A DNA stretch of 64,000 nt from an uncultured delta proteobacterium (lineage in GTDB: Bacteria; Desulfobacterota; Desulfobacteria; Desulfobacterales; JAFDCJ01): assembly GCA_963769935.1 (NCBI GenBank), contig CAVYNY010000035.1, positions 96,001-160,000 of the forward strand, given 5' to 3'. This document shows, piece by piece, positions 10,387 through 20,680 of the stretch (the stretch's first letter is position 1; every line of letters starts with the position of its first letter). Below the pieces are notes generated by a model. That model did not search any database and was not told where the DNA came from. It saw only the letters and a list, made by a program, of their open reading frames with translations. The position numbers and the translations under genes were made by a program.

Positions 10387-11250
10387 ATGACGGCGCCTTT
10401 TGGCAATCAAAAGGGGAGATTACCCTTGAAAATTGTTGACGAATCCAATCCGATCCCCAAATATCTTCAAATCAGTGCCTGGCTGAAGGAACTGATCCAG
10501 ACCGGCCGCTATGCCGCCGGTGAAAGATTGCCTTCCGAAATCGAGCTTTCCAAAACGTGCGGCGTCAACCGCAATACCCTGCGCCAGGCCATCACCGAAT
10601 TAACCACGGCTGGGTTGCTGCGCAAAGAGAAGGGAACCGGAACCTTTGTCAGCAGTCCTTCAGCTGCCGGACTAAAACACAAACTGGAGCGGATTTCAAG
10701 CTTCAGGGATATGCTGGGGCAAAGCGGCATTGCCGCCCGAACCGAAGTCATCGGCCGGCGGATTGTAGATGCCGATGATTATGTGGCTAGAAGCCTGTTT
10801 CTGGGCACCAATAAAAAGGTACTGGTCGTCAGACGGGTTCGTGCCGGCAACGGTACGCCTTACATTTACGAGGAGAGCTACCTGCCGGCGGACATGTTTG
10901 AAGGCATTCTTGATTTGGATCTGACCGGCTCCATGTATGATATCATTTCCGAACACTTCGGCATTGTGCTGGCCCGGAGCAAACAGAATATCAGCGCCGT
11001 GAACCTTATTCCGAAGATCGCCAAAATACTCAAGGTCCCGGTCAATTCGGCCGCCATTTTTGCGGAAAGCATCACTTTTGATGCCAAGAGCATCCCCATC
11101 GAATTGTTATACTCGTATTACCGGGGGGACAAATATACGCTTGAGATCGAGCTCGGACGCTATCACGCCAATCCGGGCAGCATGAATATTAGAGCAGAAC
11201 AGACGGGTGGTTCCTCTGCATACGATTTGAAATTCAGCGGCGTCGCCTAA
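10387..11250 (+). CDS. GntR family transcriptional regulator, HutC/UTRA subfamily
   Basis: PKYLQI...LPSEIEL..GVNRNTLRQA...GTGTFV wHTH, then a UTRA-type C-terminal domain. The true start may be the TTG at 10426. Confidence 0.9.
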   Translation: MTAPFGNQKGRLPLKIVDESNPIPKYLQISAWLKELIQTGRYAAGERLPSEIELSKTCGVNRNTLRQAITELTTAGLLRKEKGTGTFVSSPSAAGLKHKLERISSFRDMLGQSGIAARTEVIGRRIVDADDYVARSLFLGTNKKVLVVRRVRAGNGTPYIYEESYLPADMFEGILDLDLTGSMYDIISEHFGIVLARSKQNISAVNLIPKIAKILKVPVNSAAIFAESITFDAKSIPIELLYSYYRGDKYTLEIELGRYHANPGSMNIRAEQTGGSSAYDLKFSGVA

Positions 11251-11304
11251 CTGAAAATGAACCATTTTTGAATAAAAATGTAATCTTTTCATTTAACAAT
11301 TAAC

Positions 11305-11322
11305 TGTTTATACATCTATAAC
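11305..11322. promoter_or_regulatory. Putative GntR/HutC-type operator upstream of the transaldolase-like gene
   Basis: TGTTTATACATCTATAAC matches 10277-10294 at 17 of 18 positions. Confidence 0.6.
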
Positions 11323-11349
11323 CGTTCCCAAAAAAAAGGAGGATTTACA

Positions 11350-12561
11350 ATGGAAGAAAGAAACTTTTTCGAAAGGCTGGTGGATGTTAGCCCGGGCATG
11401 GAGATCTGGTGGGATTCCTCGCCCGTCGTTTTCGAAAATTGGTGCAAGAAATTGCTTGAAAAAGCGGCGCCTGCTGATCGCGGGATATTGCAAAAGCAAT
11501 TCAACCGGATGTACAGCAAAGATAATCCCAAAAGCCAATTGTTTCGCGGCGTGACCACCAATCCGCCTCTATCCCTGCAAGCGATCCAGAATGATCCCCC
11601 TTACTGGCAAAAAGTGGCCAAGGATATTGTGGCAGCGAATCCGGGCCTGGACAAAGAGGGGCTTTTCTGGAAGCTTTACAAGACGGTCGTCAAGCGCGGC
11701 TCGGATATGTACCTGCCGCTTTTTGAAGCCAGCAATTACAAAGAAGGCTTTCTGTCCGGCCAGGTGGATCCGCGCAGCGTGTTTGATAAGGATGCCATGA
11801 TCAGACAGGCCGAGGAGATCGCGACCATCAACCCCAATGTCATGGTAAAGGTTCCCGGAACAAAGCAGGGCTACGAGGTCATCGAGTATCTGACATCCAA
11901 GGGGATTTCAACCAACAATACCCTGACCTTTATTCTGCCCCAGTTGATCGATTGTGCCAACAGCGTCAAGCGCGGCCTTGAAACCGCCCGGAAAAACGGC
12001 GTCAACCTGAGCAAATGGCGGTCGGTTATCACCCATATGGAAGGCCGATTCGGCAACCTGGGCGGCTTAAAGGACTTTGCCGCTGAAAAGGGTGTCGAAC
12101 TTTCCGACGGCGAGATCCGGCTGGCGGAACTGGCGATTTTCAAAAAGGCTTACAAATATCTGATTGAAAACAATTTGCCGAGCAAGATGCTCTCCTGTTC
12201 TTTGATCGCCGGGCCGACCGTTAACGGCCAAAGCCGCATCTGGCATCTGGAAGAAAAAGCGGGCGCCAATGTGGTCGTGACCTGCCCGCCTTCTTTCATA
12301 GAAAAGGTCCTTTTTCTGCCGGGTGTTGAAAAAATTACCTTTGAAAAAGATCGCATCCTGCAGGACATTCCCAAGGATGTGATGGATAAACTCATGCGGG
12401 TTCCTTATTTTGAAAGAGGTTACGCCGTCGACGGCTACACCCGGGATGAATACAACACCCATCCGTCGCTGCAAAAAACTGCCGAACAATTCTCCAAGGC
12501 AACCTGGGAAATGGTGGATTTCGCCGGCCGGTGCCTGGAAGGTGGCGCTTGTTTTACCTGA
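11350..12561 (+). CDS. Transaldolase/FSA-superfamily protein with an atypical active site
   Basis: WWDS, GVTTNPPL, Schiff-base Lys in VMVKVPGT, NNTLTF. Confidence 0.8.
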   Translation: MEERNFFERLVDVSPGMEIWWDSSPVVFENWCKKLLEKAAPADRGILQKQFNRMYSKDNPKSQLFRGVTTNPPLSLQAIQNDPPYWQKVAKDIVAANPGLDKEGLFWKLYKTVVKRGSDMYLPLFEASNYKEGFLSGQVDPRSVFDKDAMIRQAEEIATINPNVMVKVPGTKQGYEVIEYLTSKGISTNNTLTFILPQLIDCANSVKRGLETARKNGVNLSKWRSVITHMEGRFGNLGGLKDFAAEKGVELSDGEIRLAELAIFKKAYKYLIENNLPSKMLSCSLIAGPTVNGQSRIWHLEEKAGANVVVTCPPSFIEKVLFLPGVEKITFEKDRILQDIPKDVMDKLMRVPYFERGYAVDGYTRDEYNTHPSLQKTAEQFSKATWEMVDFAGRCLEGGACFT

Positions 12562-12679
12562 AGCCATTAATACACCGGCGGCCAAGGCTGACCAGCGGTT
12601 TTCCTGCCCCGGGCGGTAATGTTCGGAATCTAAATATGACGCTGTATACAATTGGTTATTGATCAGAAAGGGAAAGAAC

Positions 12680-13792
12680 ATGATCGTTGGTATTCCTAAG
12701 GAAATCAAGGCGGACGAGAATCGGGTGGCATTGACTCCGGGCGGTGTTGAAGTCATGTGTCAACACGGCCACACGGTGCTGATGCAAAAAACGGCCGGCC
12801 GGGCCAGCGGATTCGGCAATGCGCTTTACAAACAGGCCGGTGCTGAGATCGTGGACAAATCCGAGGAAATATTCAAACGTTCCGAGATGATTCTGCGCGT
12901 CAAGGAACCGCAGCCCTCCGAGTTTGGATACCTCAGAAAAGGCCAGATCTATTTCGGCTACCTGCACCTGGCGGCATCGCCAACCGTTGCGCAGGCCATG
13001 GTCAAAAGCGGCACGGTCGGCATTGCCTACGAGACGATTCAAAAGGCCGACGGCACCCTGCCGCTGCTCACCCCGATGAGTGAAGTGGCCGGCCCCATGG
13101 CGGTTCAGGAAGGCGCCAAGTATCTTGAAATGGCGCAGGGCGGCCACGGCATCCTGCTCGGCGGCGTGCCCGGCGTGGATCCGGGCACTGTGCTGATTAT
13201 CGGCGGCGGGGCGGTCGGCATCAATGCCGCGAAAATGGCCGGCGGATTGGGAGCCAGGGTGTATATTCTCGACGTCGATCTGGATCGCCTGCGCTATCTG
13301 AGCGATGTCATGCCCGGCAACTGTGTTACCTTGATGTCCAATCCGGCGAACATCCGGGAAATCCTCCCCAAAGCAGATCTTGTCATCGGGGCGGTGCTGG
13401 TTCCCGGCAGCAAAACGCCGACGCTGGTCACCCGGGATATGCTCGGTATGATGAAGAAAGGTTCGGTGCTGGTCGATGTCGCCATTGATCAGGGCGGGTG
13501 CTTTGAGACTTCCCGTGAGACCACCCATGCCAAACCAACTTATGAGGTCGACGGGATTATTCATTATGCCGTCAGCAACATGCCGGGGGCGCTGCCTCGA
13601 ACTTCTACCCTGGCACTGAATAATTCCACGCTGCCGTATGCCGTTGAAATTGCCGACAAGGGTTGGAAGAAAGCCATGCGGGAAAATCTTGAAATTAAGG
13701 CCGGGGCCAACGTGGTGCGCGGCAAGGTAACCTACAAAGGCGTTGCTGACACATTCGGCATCGAACACACGGCTGTTGATAAGCTGTTGTAA
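12680..13792 (+). CDS. ald: Alanine dehydrogenase, copy 1
   Basis: GIPKEIK..ENRV, VKEP, YLHLAA, PMSEVAG, GGGAVG, DVAIDQGGCFE, NMPG. Confidence 0.9.
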   Translation: MIVGIPKEIKADENRVALTPGGVEVMCQHGHTVLMQKTAGRASGFGNALYKQAGAEIVDKSEEIFKRSEMILRVKEPQPSEFGYLRKGQIYFGYLHLAASPTVAQAMVKSGTVGIAYETIQKADGTLPLLTPMSEVAGPMAVQEGAKYLEMAQGGHGILLGGVPGVDPGTVLIIGGGAVGINAAKMAGGLGARVYILDVDLDRLRYLSDVMPGNCVTLMSNPANIREILPKADLVIGAVLVPGSKTPTLVTRDMLGMMKKGSVLVDVAIDQGGCFETSRETTHAKPTYEVDGIIHYAVSNMPGALPRTSTLALNNSTLPYAVEIADKGWKKAMRENLEIKAGANVVRGKVTYKGVADTFGIEHTAVDKLL

Positions 13793-13850
13793 ACTGTTCT
13801 TTTCAGGCATTTAGCCATTCAACTTAATTCAGGCACATAAGGAGCTTACT

Positions 13851-14963
13851 ATGATTGTTGGGGTATTAAAGGAAATCAAGACGGAAGAAAATCGGGTGAG
13901 CATGACCCCTGCCGGGGTGGAGATCTTAAAACAAAACGGTCATACGGTCCTGGTGGAAAAGAATGCCGGCAAGGGCAGCGGATTTAACAACAAAACATAT
14001 GCGGATGCGGGCGCCGAGATTGTTGACATACCCGCGGAGATCTTCAAGCGTGCCAAGATGGTGATGCACGTCAAGGAACCCCTGCCGGCCGAATATGATC
14101 TCATTCGCAAAGATCAGATTATCTTTACTTATCTGCACCTGGCGGCGGCCGAGGAGTTGACCAGGGTTTTGATCAAGAGCGGCTCCATCAATATCGCCTA
14201 CGAGACGATTCAAAAATTGGATCGGTCTTTACCGCTGCTGACTCCCATGAGTGAAGTGGCCGGACGCATGGCGATTCAGCAGGGCGCCAAATATCTTGAA
14301 ATGGCCCAGGGCGGCCACGGTATATTGCTGGGCGGCGTGCCCGGTGTGGACCCGGGCACGGTCGTCATTATCGGCGGCGGCATTGTCGGCGTCAACGCCG
14401 CTAAAATGGCCTGCGGTCTGGGTGCCAAGGTGTACCTTCTCGACATGAACCTGGAACGGCTGCGCTATCTCAGTGATGTGATGCCCAGCAACTGCTTTTT
14501 GCTGATGTCCAAGCCGACAACCGTCCGCCGCCTCATCAAAGAGGCCGACGTCGTCGTTGGGGCCGTGCTGATCCCGGGCGCCAAGGCACCCAAACTGGTG
14601 ACGCGCGAAATGCTGAAAACCATGAAGAAAGGGGCGGTGCTGGTGGATGTGGCCATTGATCAGGGCGGGTGCTTTGAAACCTCGAAGGCGACCACCCATG
14701 GCGATCCGATATACAAAGTCGAAGGGGTCGTGCACTATTGCGTAGCGAATATGCCCGGCGCGGTTCCCAAGACCTCCACGCTGGCCCTGACCAATGCAAC
14801 GCTGCCCTATGCGGTTGAAATTGCAAATAAAGGCTGGAAAAAAGCCATGCAGGAAAACCCCGAAATCAGGTGCGGTGCCAATGTGATTCAAGGCAAGGTC
14901 ACCTATAAGGGGGTCGCGGAGGCTTTTGGACTGAAACTCACGCCGATTGATAGTTTGCTGTAA
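13851..14963 (+). CDS. ald: Alanine dehydrogenase, copy 2
   Basis: Same motifs, with canonical SEVAGRMA and CVANMPGAVP. Confidence 0.93.
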   Translation: MIVGVLKEIKTEENRVSMTPAGVEILKQNGHTVLVEKNAGKGSGFNNKTYADAGAEIVDIPAEIFKRAKMVMHVKEPLPAEYDLIRKDQIIFTYLHLAAAEELTRVLIKSGSINIAYETIQKLDRSLPLLTPMSEVAGRMAIQQGAKYLEMAQGGHGILLGGVPGVDPGTVVIIGGGIVGVNAAKMACGLGAKVYLLDMNLERLRYLSDVMPSNCFLLMSKPTTVRRLIKEADVVVGAVLIPGAKAPKLVTREMLKTMKKGAVLVDVAIDQGGCFETSKATTHGDPIYKVEGVVHYCVANMPGAVPKTSTLALTNATLPYAVEIANKGWKKAMQENPEIRCGANVIQGKVTYKGVAEAFGLKLTPIDSLL

Positions 14964-15004
14964 TTGGAAAAATTTTTGAATTAATATTTAATAAGGAGAA
15001 AAAC

Positions 15005-16096
15005 ATGAAAAAAGATTTAAAGGATTTGTTTGTTCCTTGGCTTTTTAAGGCCAGAGAGTACAACGTCGGCATTCTGGATAAGGCGATGGTCAACCCCGGT
15101 CATGCCCGCCTGATGCTCAATGAAAATCCCATGCAGCCATCGGAAAAGGTCATTGCAGCGGTGGCGGATTCCCTGAGGCACGGCAACTGGTACCCGGACA
15201 GTTTTCTGCGGTTGAGGACCAAAATCGGAAAAATGTATGGCCTGGGTCCGGATAATGTTGCTCTGGCCAACGGATCTTCGGATACCATCGACGCCATGAT
15301 GCGCGTTTTTCTGCAACCGGGTGATGAGTTTCTGCTGTCCACGCCGACCTTCGAGTTGTTTCCGCCCCGCGCCGAACTTTGCAATGCCAAGGTAGTTCAG
15401 GTTCCGGTCAGGAAAGATACTTTGAATTACGATGTGGATGGCATGCTGAAGGCCATCAATGACCGTACCAAGCTGATCCTGATTATTAATCCCAACAACC
15501 CCACCGGCCTCTATATCGATGATGATGATCTGATTCGATTCTGCGAAACGGGTATTCCCCTATGCGTGGATGAAGCCTATCTGGATTACAACCCCCAAAA
15601 GACATCCAAAGTATCCCTGCTCGAAAAATATCCGCAGGTGTTTCTGTCGGTTACCTTTTCCAAAGCCTATGGATTTGCGGGTATCCGATTCGGATTCGTG
15701 CTGGGCACCGAAGAGATGATTACCGCTTTCAATCGGATGTTTCTGCCCTGGAACGTGAGCCGGATGGCTGGGGCGGCCGCCGAAGCCATCATCGACAATC
15801 CGGACGAGGTCAAGGCGAAGGTCGAACACAACAACAAGTGGATGGCCGTGTTTGCGAAAGAGCTTAAAAATTTGGGGCTTAAACCTTTTCCGGCCAACGG
15901 CAATTACATGCTTATCGATGCCACCATGACCGGCAAAACCACCGAGGAGATTCTCCAAGCCGGCCTCGAGAATCGCATCTACCTGAAAAAGATCGGTGTC
16001 ATCCACGGCAAGACCGGTTATTTCAGGGTAACGCCCGGTTTGGATGAAGAAAACGAACGGTTCCTAAAATTTATCCGATCCTATTTCGGCAAATAG
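15005..16096 (+). CDS. PLP-dependent aminotransferase, HisC-like (class I/II)
   Basis: NENP, NGSSD, NPNNPTG, DEAY, TFSKAYGFAGIRFG. Confidence 0.85.
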   Translation: MKKDLKDLFVPWLFKAREYNVGILDKAMVNPGHARLMLNENPMQPSEKVIAAVADSLRHGNWYPDSFLRLRTKIGKMYGLGPDNVALANGSSDTIDAMMRVFLQPGDEFLLSTPTFELFPPRAELCNAKVVQVPVRKDTLNYDVDGMLKAINDRTKLILIINPNNPTGLYIDDDDLIRFCETGIPLCVDEAYLDYNPQKTSKVSLLEKYPQVFLSVTFSKAYGFAGIRFGFVLGTEEMITAFNRMFLPWNVSRMAGAAAEAIIDNPDEVKAKVEHNNKWMAVFAKELKNLGLKPFPANGNYMLIDATMTGKTTEEILQAGLENRIYLKKIGVIHGKTGYFRVTPGLDEENERFLKFIRSYFGK

Positions 16097-16129
16097 ATAG
16101 TGGTTGAACGAAAACCCGTCCAGCTCAGG

Positions 16130-16269
16130 TGTTGGGTTTCGCCCTCGGGCATCCATCTCAGCGTAAAAGCTTGATTTTCGTAGGTTGGGTTGAGGGACGA
16201 AACCCAATCCCGCCTGCGGCGGGACTCAACCCAACCTACCCGCAATCAGGACTTTTCGTTCAGGCACTA
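16130..16269. repeat. Dispersed ~140-bp REP/MITE-like element, copy 1
   Basis: Aligns with 31432-31571. Perfect 14-bp inverted repeat GTAGGTTGGGTTGA (16180) / TCAACCCAACCTAC (16226). Confidence 0.85.
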
Positions 16270-16525
16270 GCGATATCTATCGGCGTAATAATATGTATAA
16301 AAACTGAATATTTCCCCCTAGGAGCGATTTTAATTGAATTAAGTCTTGCAGTTAAAACCGCTCCTATAGTATGGGGGCAATGTTTTTTGTTAATTCCGTT
16401 TGGCTCCATTCCAAAAAATTCAAATCGTCTCGTTGTTTTGAGTTATCGCGAGATCTTCAAAGTTAACCATGAACCATTTCTTTCAAACATAAAAAACCTG
16501 GTTACTTTGTTTCAGGAAATTGGAT

Positions 16526-17296
16526 ATGAAGATCTATGTCTGTGTTAAGCATGTCCCCGATACAGCGGCCAAAATTACCGTGGTCGGGGAGACCGGTTTT
16601 GCGGAAACCTGCAAGTTCATTGTCAATCCTTATGACGAATACAGCCTGGAAGAGGCTGTTCAGATAAACGGCCGGGCCGGCCGGGGCGAGGTGGTGGTGG
16701 TGACCGTCGGCAAGGAATCCGCCGTTACGACGCTGCGCTCGGCGCTGGCGCTGGGGGCTGATCGCGGGATTCTGGTCAAAACGGAAGCCCAGTTTCTGGA
16801 CAGTGCTCTCACCGGCCGGGCATTAAAAAAGGCCATTGAGCAGGACGGGGTTCCGGATCTGATTTTTTGCGGCAAGCAGTCCATCGACAGTGAAGGCATG
16901 CAAACCCTGTTTCGGCTGGCAAAAGCTTTTGACATGCCGGCGGTCAGCGAAGTTGTCGCTCTAAGCCTAAATGACGGGGTGGCCAGGGTCGAGCGTGAAA
17001 TCGGCGGCGGTGCCCGCGAGGTGCTGGAAATGCCGCTGCCCTGCGTTATCGGTGCGACCAGAGGATTAAATGAGCCGCATTATCCGAAGCTGCCGGATAT
17101 CATGAAAGCCAAGAAAAAAGAGATCAAACAGATCGACATCGCTGAGCTTGGTTTGGATCTCACGGCGCCTCAAACTGAAATCATCCATCTTGAAGCCGTT
17201 GCCGAAAGAGGGCAGGCCCGGATGATGGCAGGGTCCACCCGCGAGATGGTGGAGGAGTTGGTCAGGATTCTGAAAGAGGAGGAGAAGGTGATCTGA
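16526..17296 (+). CDS. etfB: Electron transfer flavoprotein beta subunit
   Basis: MKIYVCVKHVPD, NPYDEYSLEEA, GKQSID, NEPHYP. Confidence 0.92.
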   Translation: MKIYVCVKHVPDTAAKITVVGETGFAETCKFIVNPYDEYSLEEAVQINGRAGRGEVVVVTVGKESAVTTLRSALALGADRGILVKTEAQFLDSALTGRALKKAIEQDGVPDLIFCGKQSIDSEGMQTLFRLAKAFDMPAVSEVVALSLNDGVARVEREIGGGAREVLEMPLPCVIGATRGLNEPHYPKLPDIMKAKKKEIKQIDIAELGLDLTAPQTEIIHLEAVAERGQARMMAGSTREMVEELVRILKEEEKVI

Positions 17297-17410
17297 ACGG
17301 AATGGCGAATGACGAATGACTAATATCGAATGTGACGAAAAGGGTTTCCGGTTTTAATAGCACCGAATCAAGCGTCATTTAAAAGTTTGAAGCATAGGAG
17401 AGAATATAAG

Positions 17411-18370
17411 ATGGCAAACATCGGCGTCTGGATTGAAACCAGTAATGGAGGTGTTAAGGAGGCAAATTTCGGGGTGTTGACCGCCGCCCGGCGCCAGGAG
17501 GGAGCTGCGATTTATGCCTTTATAATAAATGCCAAGGCCGGCGAATGCAAAAGCGTCCTGCAGTCATATGGTGCACAGAAAATCGTAGAGATAGCTGTGG
17601 AAGGTGGTGATCCGGCCGCCGATCCCGAACTGGATGCATACGCATTAGCAGAGGCCATCCATCACTTTGAGATATCGGCATTGCTGGGGCTCGGCAGTGC
17701 CAGAGGGCGTGATCTGCTGGCCAGAACGGCGGCCTTGATGGATGCGCCCCTGATACAGGATTGTATCGGGGTTGATCCGGCGGCCAAGACCGTGGTCAAA
17801 TCTCATTTTTCCGGCAAAACCCTGGCAACGATCCGGTTCAACTCAAATCCATACCTGTGCGGCCTGCGGCCCAACGCCATCGAACCGCAGACCGCGCCCT
17901 GCGAAGCGGAGGTGCTCAATTTTGCTGCGTCCGGGCATTCTGCCGCAAAATTGACGGTTAAAGAAATTAAACAGAGCCCGTCAAAGGCGGTGGATTTGAC
18001 CGAGGCCAATATCATCATTACCGGCGGCCGCCCGATCGCTTCGGCAGACAACTACAAAATCCTGCGGGAATGTGCCGCAGTTCTCGGAGCGGCAGTCGGT
18101 GCATCCCGGGCGGCCGTGGACGCCGGCTATGCCCCGCACAGTATGCAGGTGGGACAAACCGGTAAAACCGTCAGTCCTAAACTCTACATCGGGTGTGGGC
18201 TTTCCGGGTCGGTCCAGCATTTTGCAGGCATGAAAACTTCCAAAGTCATCGTCGCGATCAACACCGACAAAGACGCCCCGATTTTCGGCAAATGCGATTA
18301 CGGCATCGAGGGGGATCTGTTCGAGGTGGTGCCGGTGTTGACGGCGGTGCTTAAGGAGCAAATGGGTTAG
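17411..18370 (+). CDS. etfA: Electron transfer flavoprotein alpha subunit
   Basis: [35 protein letters not shown]. Confidence 0.92.
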   Translation: MANIGVWIETSNGGVKEANFGVLTAARRQEGAAIYAFIINAKAGECKSVLQSYGAQKIVEIAVEGGDPAADPELDAYALAEAIHHFEISALLGLGSARGRDLLARTAALMDAPLIQDCIGVDPAAKTVVKSHFSGKTLATIRFNSNPYLCGLRPNAIEPQTAPCEAEVLNFAASGHSAAKLTVKEIKQSPSKAVDLTEANIIITGGRPIASADNYKILRECAAVLGAAVGASRAAVDAGYAPHSMQVGQTGKTVSPKLYIGCGLSGSVQHFAGMKTSKVIVAINTDKDAPIFGKCDYGIEGDLFEVVPVLTAVLKEQMG

Positions 18371-18372
18371 GT

Positions 18373-18582
18373 TGATGCTGGATGCTGGATGATGGATAAT
18401 CAAGTGGTTTCAGGTGTCAGCAAGGGCTAAAGGATAAAGGTCAAAGGCGAAAGGTTAAAGGCGAAAGGCTGCCGGCGAGTGGTAAAAGGAATGGACAAAG
18501 ATCCGAGGTTTTGCTTTCCAGCCTCTAAACCTCAAATCTCTTTCTTCTGTCCTCTGGCCTCTGTCTTCTGACACCTGACATC
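18373..18582. repeat. Intergenic cluster of short tandem 6-7-mers with a flanking inverted repeat
   Basis: GATGCTG units, AAAGG-based units, CCTCTG/CTTCTG units. TCAGGTGTCAG pairs with CTGACACCTGA. Confidence 0.7.
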
Positions 18583-18602
18583 AATATTATAGCGATTAAC
18601 TC

Positions 18603-20609
18603 ATGAGCACATATTTCTGGATAAAATCGGTTTTAGTCGCAATTGCGATTGTGGCGGCGTTCAGTCTGTTTTTCACCAGGGTTCAAAGACTCTTCGCCCT
18701 GATGCGTGGGGTGCAGGGCAATGCTGCCTTTAAGCTGGATCGAATCGGCGAGCGGGTTAAGGCACTGTTTACCGATGTGCTCGGACAGCGCAATGTCAGG
18801 CGCAAACGCTGGCCGGGACTCGCCCACACGGTGATTTTTTTCGGATTTTTGGCGGTACAGCCGCACTCCCTGGAACTGATGATTCGCGGGATCTTTCCCT
18901 CCTTTCATGTGGGGGATGTGATTCCCCGTCTTTACGGCCTCTATTTTTTCACGGCCGATATCCTGGCTTTCCTGGTTCTGTTCGGCCTGGGATATGCGCT
19001 CTATCGGCGCTTGGTTGTCAAGCCCAAGTATCTGACCGACGGCCTCGATGCCCGGCTGATCATTGTATTCACCGCGGTTATAATTCTTACCTTTCACATT
19101 ACAAATGCCTTTCTGCTCATACCCTCGATCGGCGGCACCAGTTTTGATTATGCCCGCTATCTTACGGTTTCCAAGGTGGTGTACAAGGCCTTTCATCTGA
19201 ATGCCCTTTCGGCCGGCGCCGCTCGAACCGGCTTCGAAATTTTTTACTGGATCCATATCCTGACGATTCTCGGATTTTTAGTCTATATCCCCGGCTCCAA
19301 GCACTTGCACCTGCTGGCGGCAGTTCCCAACGTTTTTTTAAAGCCGCTGGACCGGCCCAAAGCCATGTTTAAAACCGATATCGAAAACGAAGAAGCCGAG
19401 AGTTTCGGCCTGGGAAACGTCTCGGCGTTGACCTGGAAAAATGTGCTGGATCTGTATGCCTGCACCGAATGCGGGCGCTGTGAGGAACAGTGCCCGGCGG
19501 ATATGACCGGCAAACCGCTGTCGCCCAAACGGGTGATTCACGATGCAAAAATCGATCTTTTCGATCAGGCAGCGGCTGTTCTGGCCTCAGACAATGCAGC
19601 GGCGGCGCCCCTGCTGCGGGAAAATTCTCCGATCACCGCCGAAGTCCTGTGGTCGTGTACGACCTGCCGGGCCTGTGAGGACATCTGCCCGGTCAATATC
19701 CAACATCTGGATATACTCCTTGAAGCCCGCAAATACCAGGTGCTGATGGAATCCAGCTTTCCGCCCGAAATGCAGGATACCTTCAATAATCTCGAAAACC
19801 AGTCCAATCCCTGGGGTTTCGGCAGCGACACGCGGGCGGATTGGGCCAAAGATCTGGATGTTCCTCTGATGACCGACAATCCGGAAGCGGATATTTTATA
19901 CTTTGTCGGCTGTGCGGGATCCTTTGACGACCGGGGGAAAAAGGTCGCCCGGGCCCTGGCCCGGGTTCTCAATAAGGCCGGCATAAACTTTGCCATTCTG
20001 GGGGAAGAGGAGCGCTGCAACGGCGATGTCGCCCGCCGGGCCGGCAATGAGTACCTGGCCCAGATGATGATGGCCGGGAATGCGGCGATTTTCAATCAGT
20101 ATCAGCCCAAAAAGATTCTGGCCGCCTGTCCCCACTGTTTTAACACCTTAAAAAATGAATACTCCCAGTTCGGCGTCCGCATTCCGGTGGTTCATCATAC
20201 CGAATTCTTACTGGAATTGATCAACCAGGGGCGATTGAAGACCAATGGAACTGAAATCCAAAAGCTGACATATCACGACTCCTGCTACCTGGGACGCTGG
20301 AACGGCATTTTTGAAGCGCCGCGCAACCTTCTGCTTGCAGTCAACAACGGCAAGAGTCTGTTTGAAATGAAGCGCATTGAAGATCAGGGACTTTGCTGCG
20401 GCGCCGGCGGTGCCCGGATGTTCATGGAAGAAACCATCGGCAAACGCATTAATCATGAGCGCGCCGAAGAAGTGATCGCAACGGGGGCGACTCAGGTTGC
20501 AGCGGCCTGCCCGTTTTGCATCACCATGCTGTCCGACGGTATCCGGGACAAGGGCGGCACTGTGCAGGTAAAAGATATTGCTGAAATCGTCGACGAAGCC
20601 ACGGATTAA
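18603..20609 (+). CDS. Membrane-bound Fe-S oxidoreductase (ETF:menaquinone oxidoreductase / FadF type)
   Basis: N-terminal TM region, CTECGRCEEQCP and CTTCRACEDICP, two CCG domains (YHDSCYLGR, CCGAGG, CPFC). Follows etfBA. Confidence 0.88.
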   Translation: MSTYFWIKSVLVAIAIVAAFSLFFTRVQRLFALMRGVQGNAAFKLDRIGERVKALFTDVLGQRNVRRKRWPGLAHTVIFFGFLAVQPHSLELMIRGIFPSFHVGDVIPRLYGLYFFTADILAFLVLFGLGYALYRRLVVKPKYLTDGLDARLIIVFTAVIILTFHITNAFLLIPSIGGTSFDYARYLTVSKVVYKAFHLNALSAGAARTGFEIFYWIHILTILGFLVYIPGSKHLHLLAAVPNVFLKPLDRPKAMFKTDIENEEAESFGLGNVSALTWKNVLDLYACTECGRCEEQCPADMTGKPLSPKRVIHDAKIDLFDQAAAVLASDNAAAAPLLRENSPITAEVLWSCTTCRACEDICPVNIQHLDILLEARKYQVLMESSFPPEMQDTFNNLENQSNPWGFGSDTRADWAKDLDVPLMTDNPEADILYFVGCAGSFDDRGKKVARALARVLNKAGINFAILGEEERCNGDVARRAGNEYLAQMMMAGNAAIFNQYQPKKILAACPHCFNTLKNEYSQFGVRIPVVHHTEFLLELINQGRLKTNGTEIQKLTYHDSCYLGRWNGIFEAPRNLLLAVNNGKSLFEMKRIEDQGLCCGAGGARMFMEETIGKRINHERAEEVIATGATQVAAACPFCITMLSDGIRDKGGTVQVKDIAEIVDEATD

Positions 20610-20680
20610 ACGTCGACCAGGGAGCAGCGGGTTGATATGGAAATATTTATTGCTTATAAAGGGCTTGCCATTGAAGTTGC

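Noticed and set aside
12656..13810. Long antisense ORFs (here and at 20806, 29317, 40683 and others)
   Set aside because: They shadow well-supported genes on the opposite strand in GC-rich DNA and carry no motifs.
16129..16548. 139-aa ORF, and the similar N-terminal extension of the PLD ORF from 31431
   Set aside because: Both are translations of the same non-coding REP-like element. The PLD more plausibly starts at 31692.
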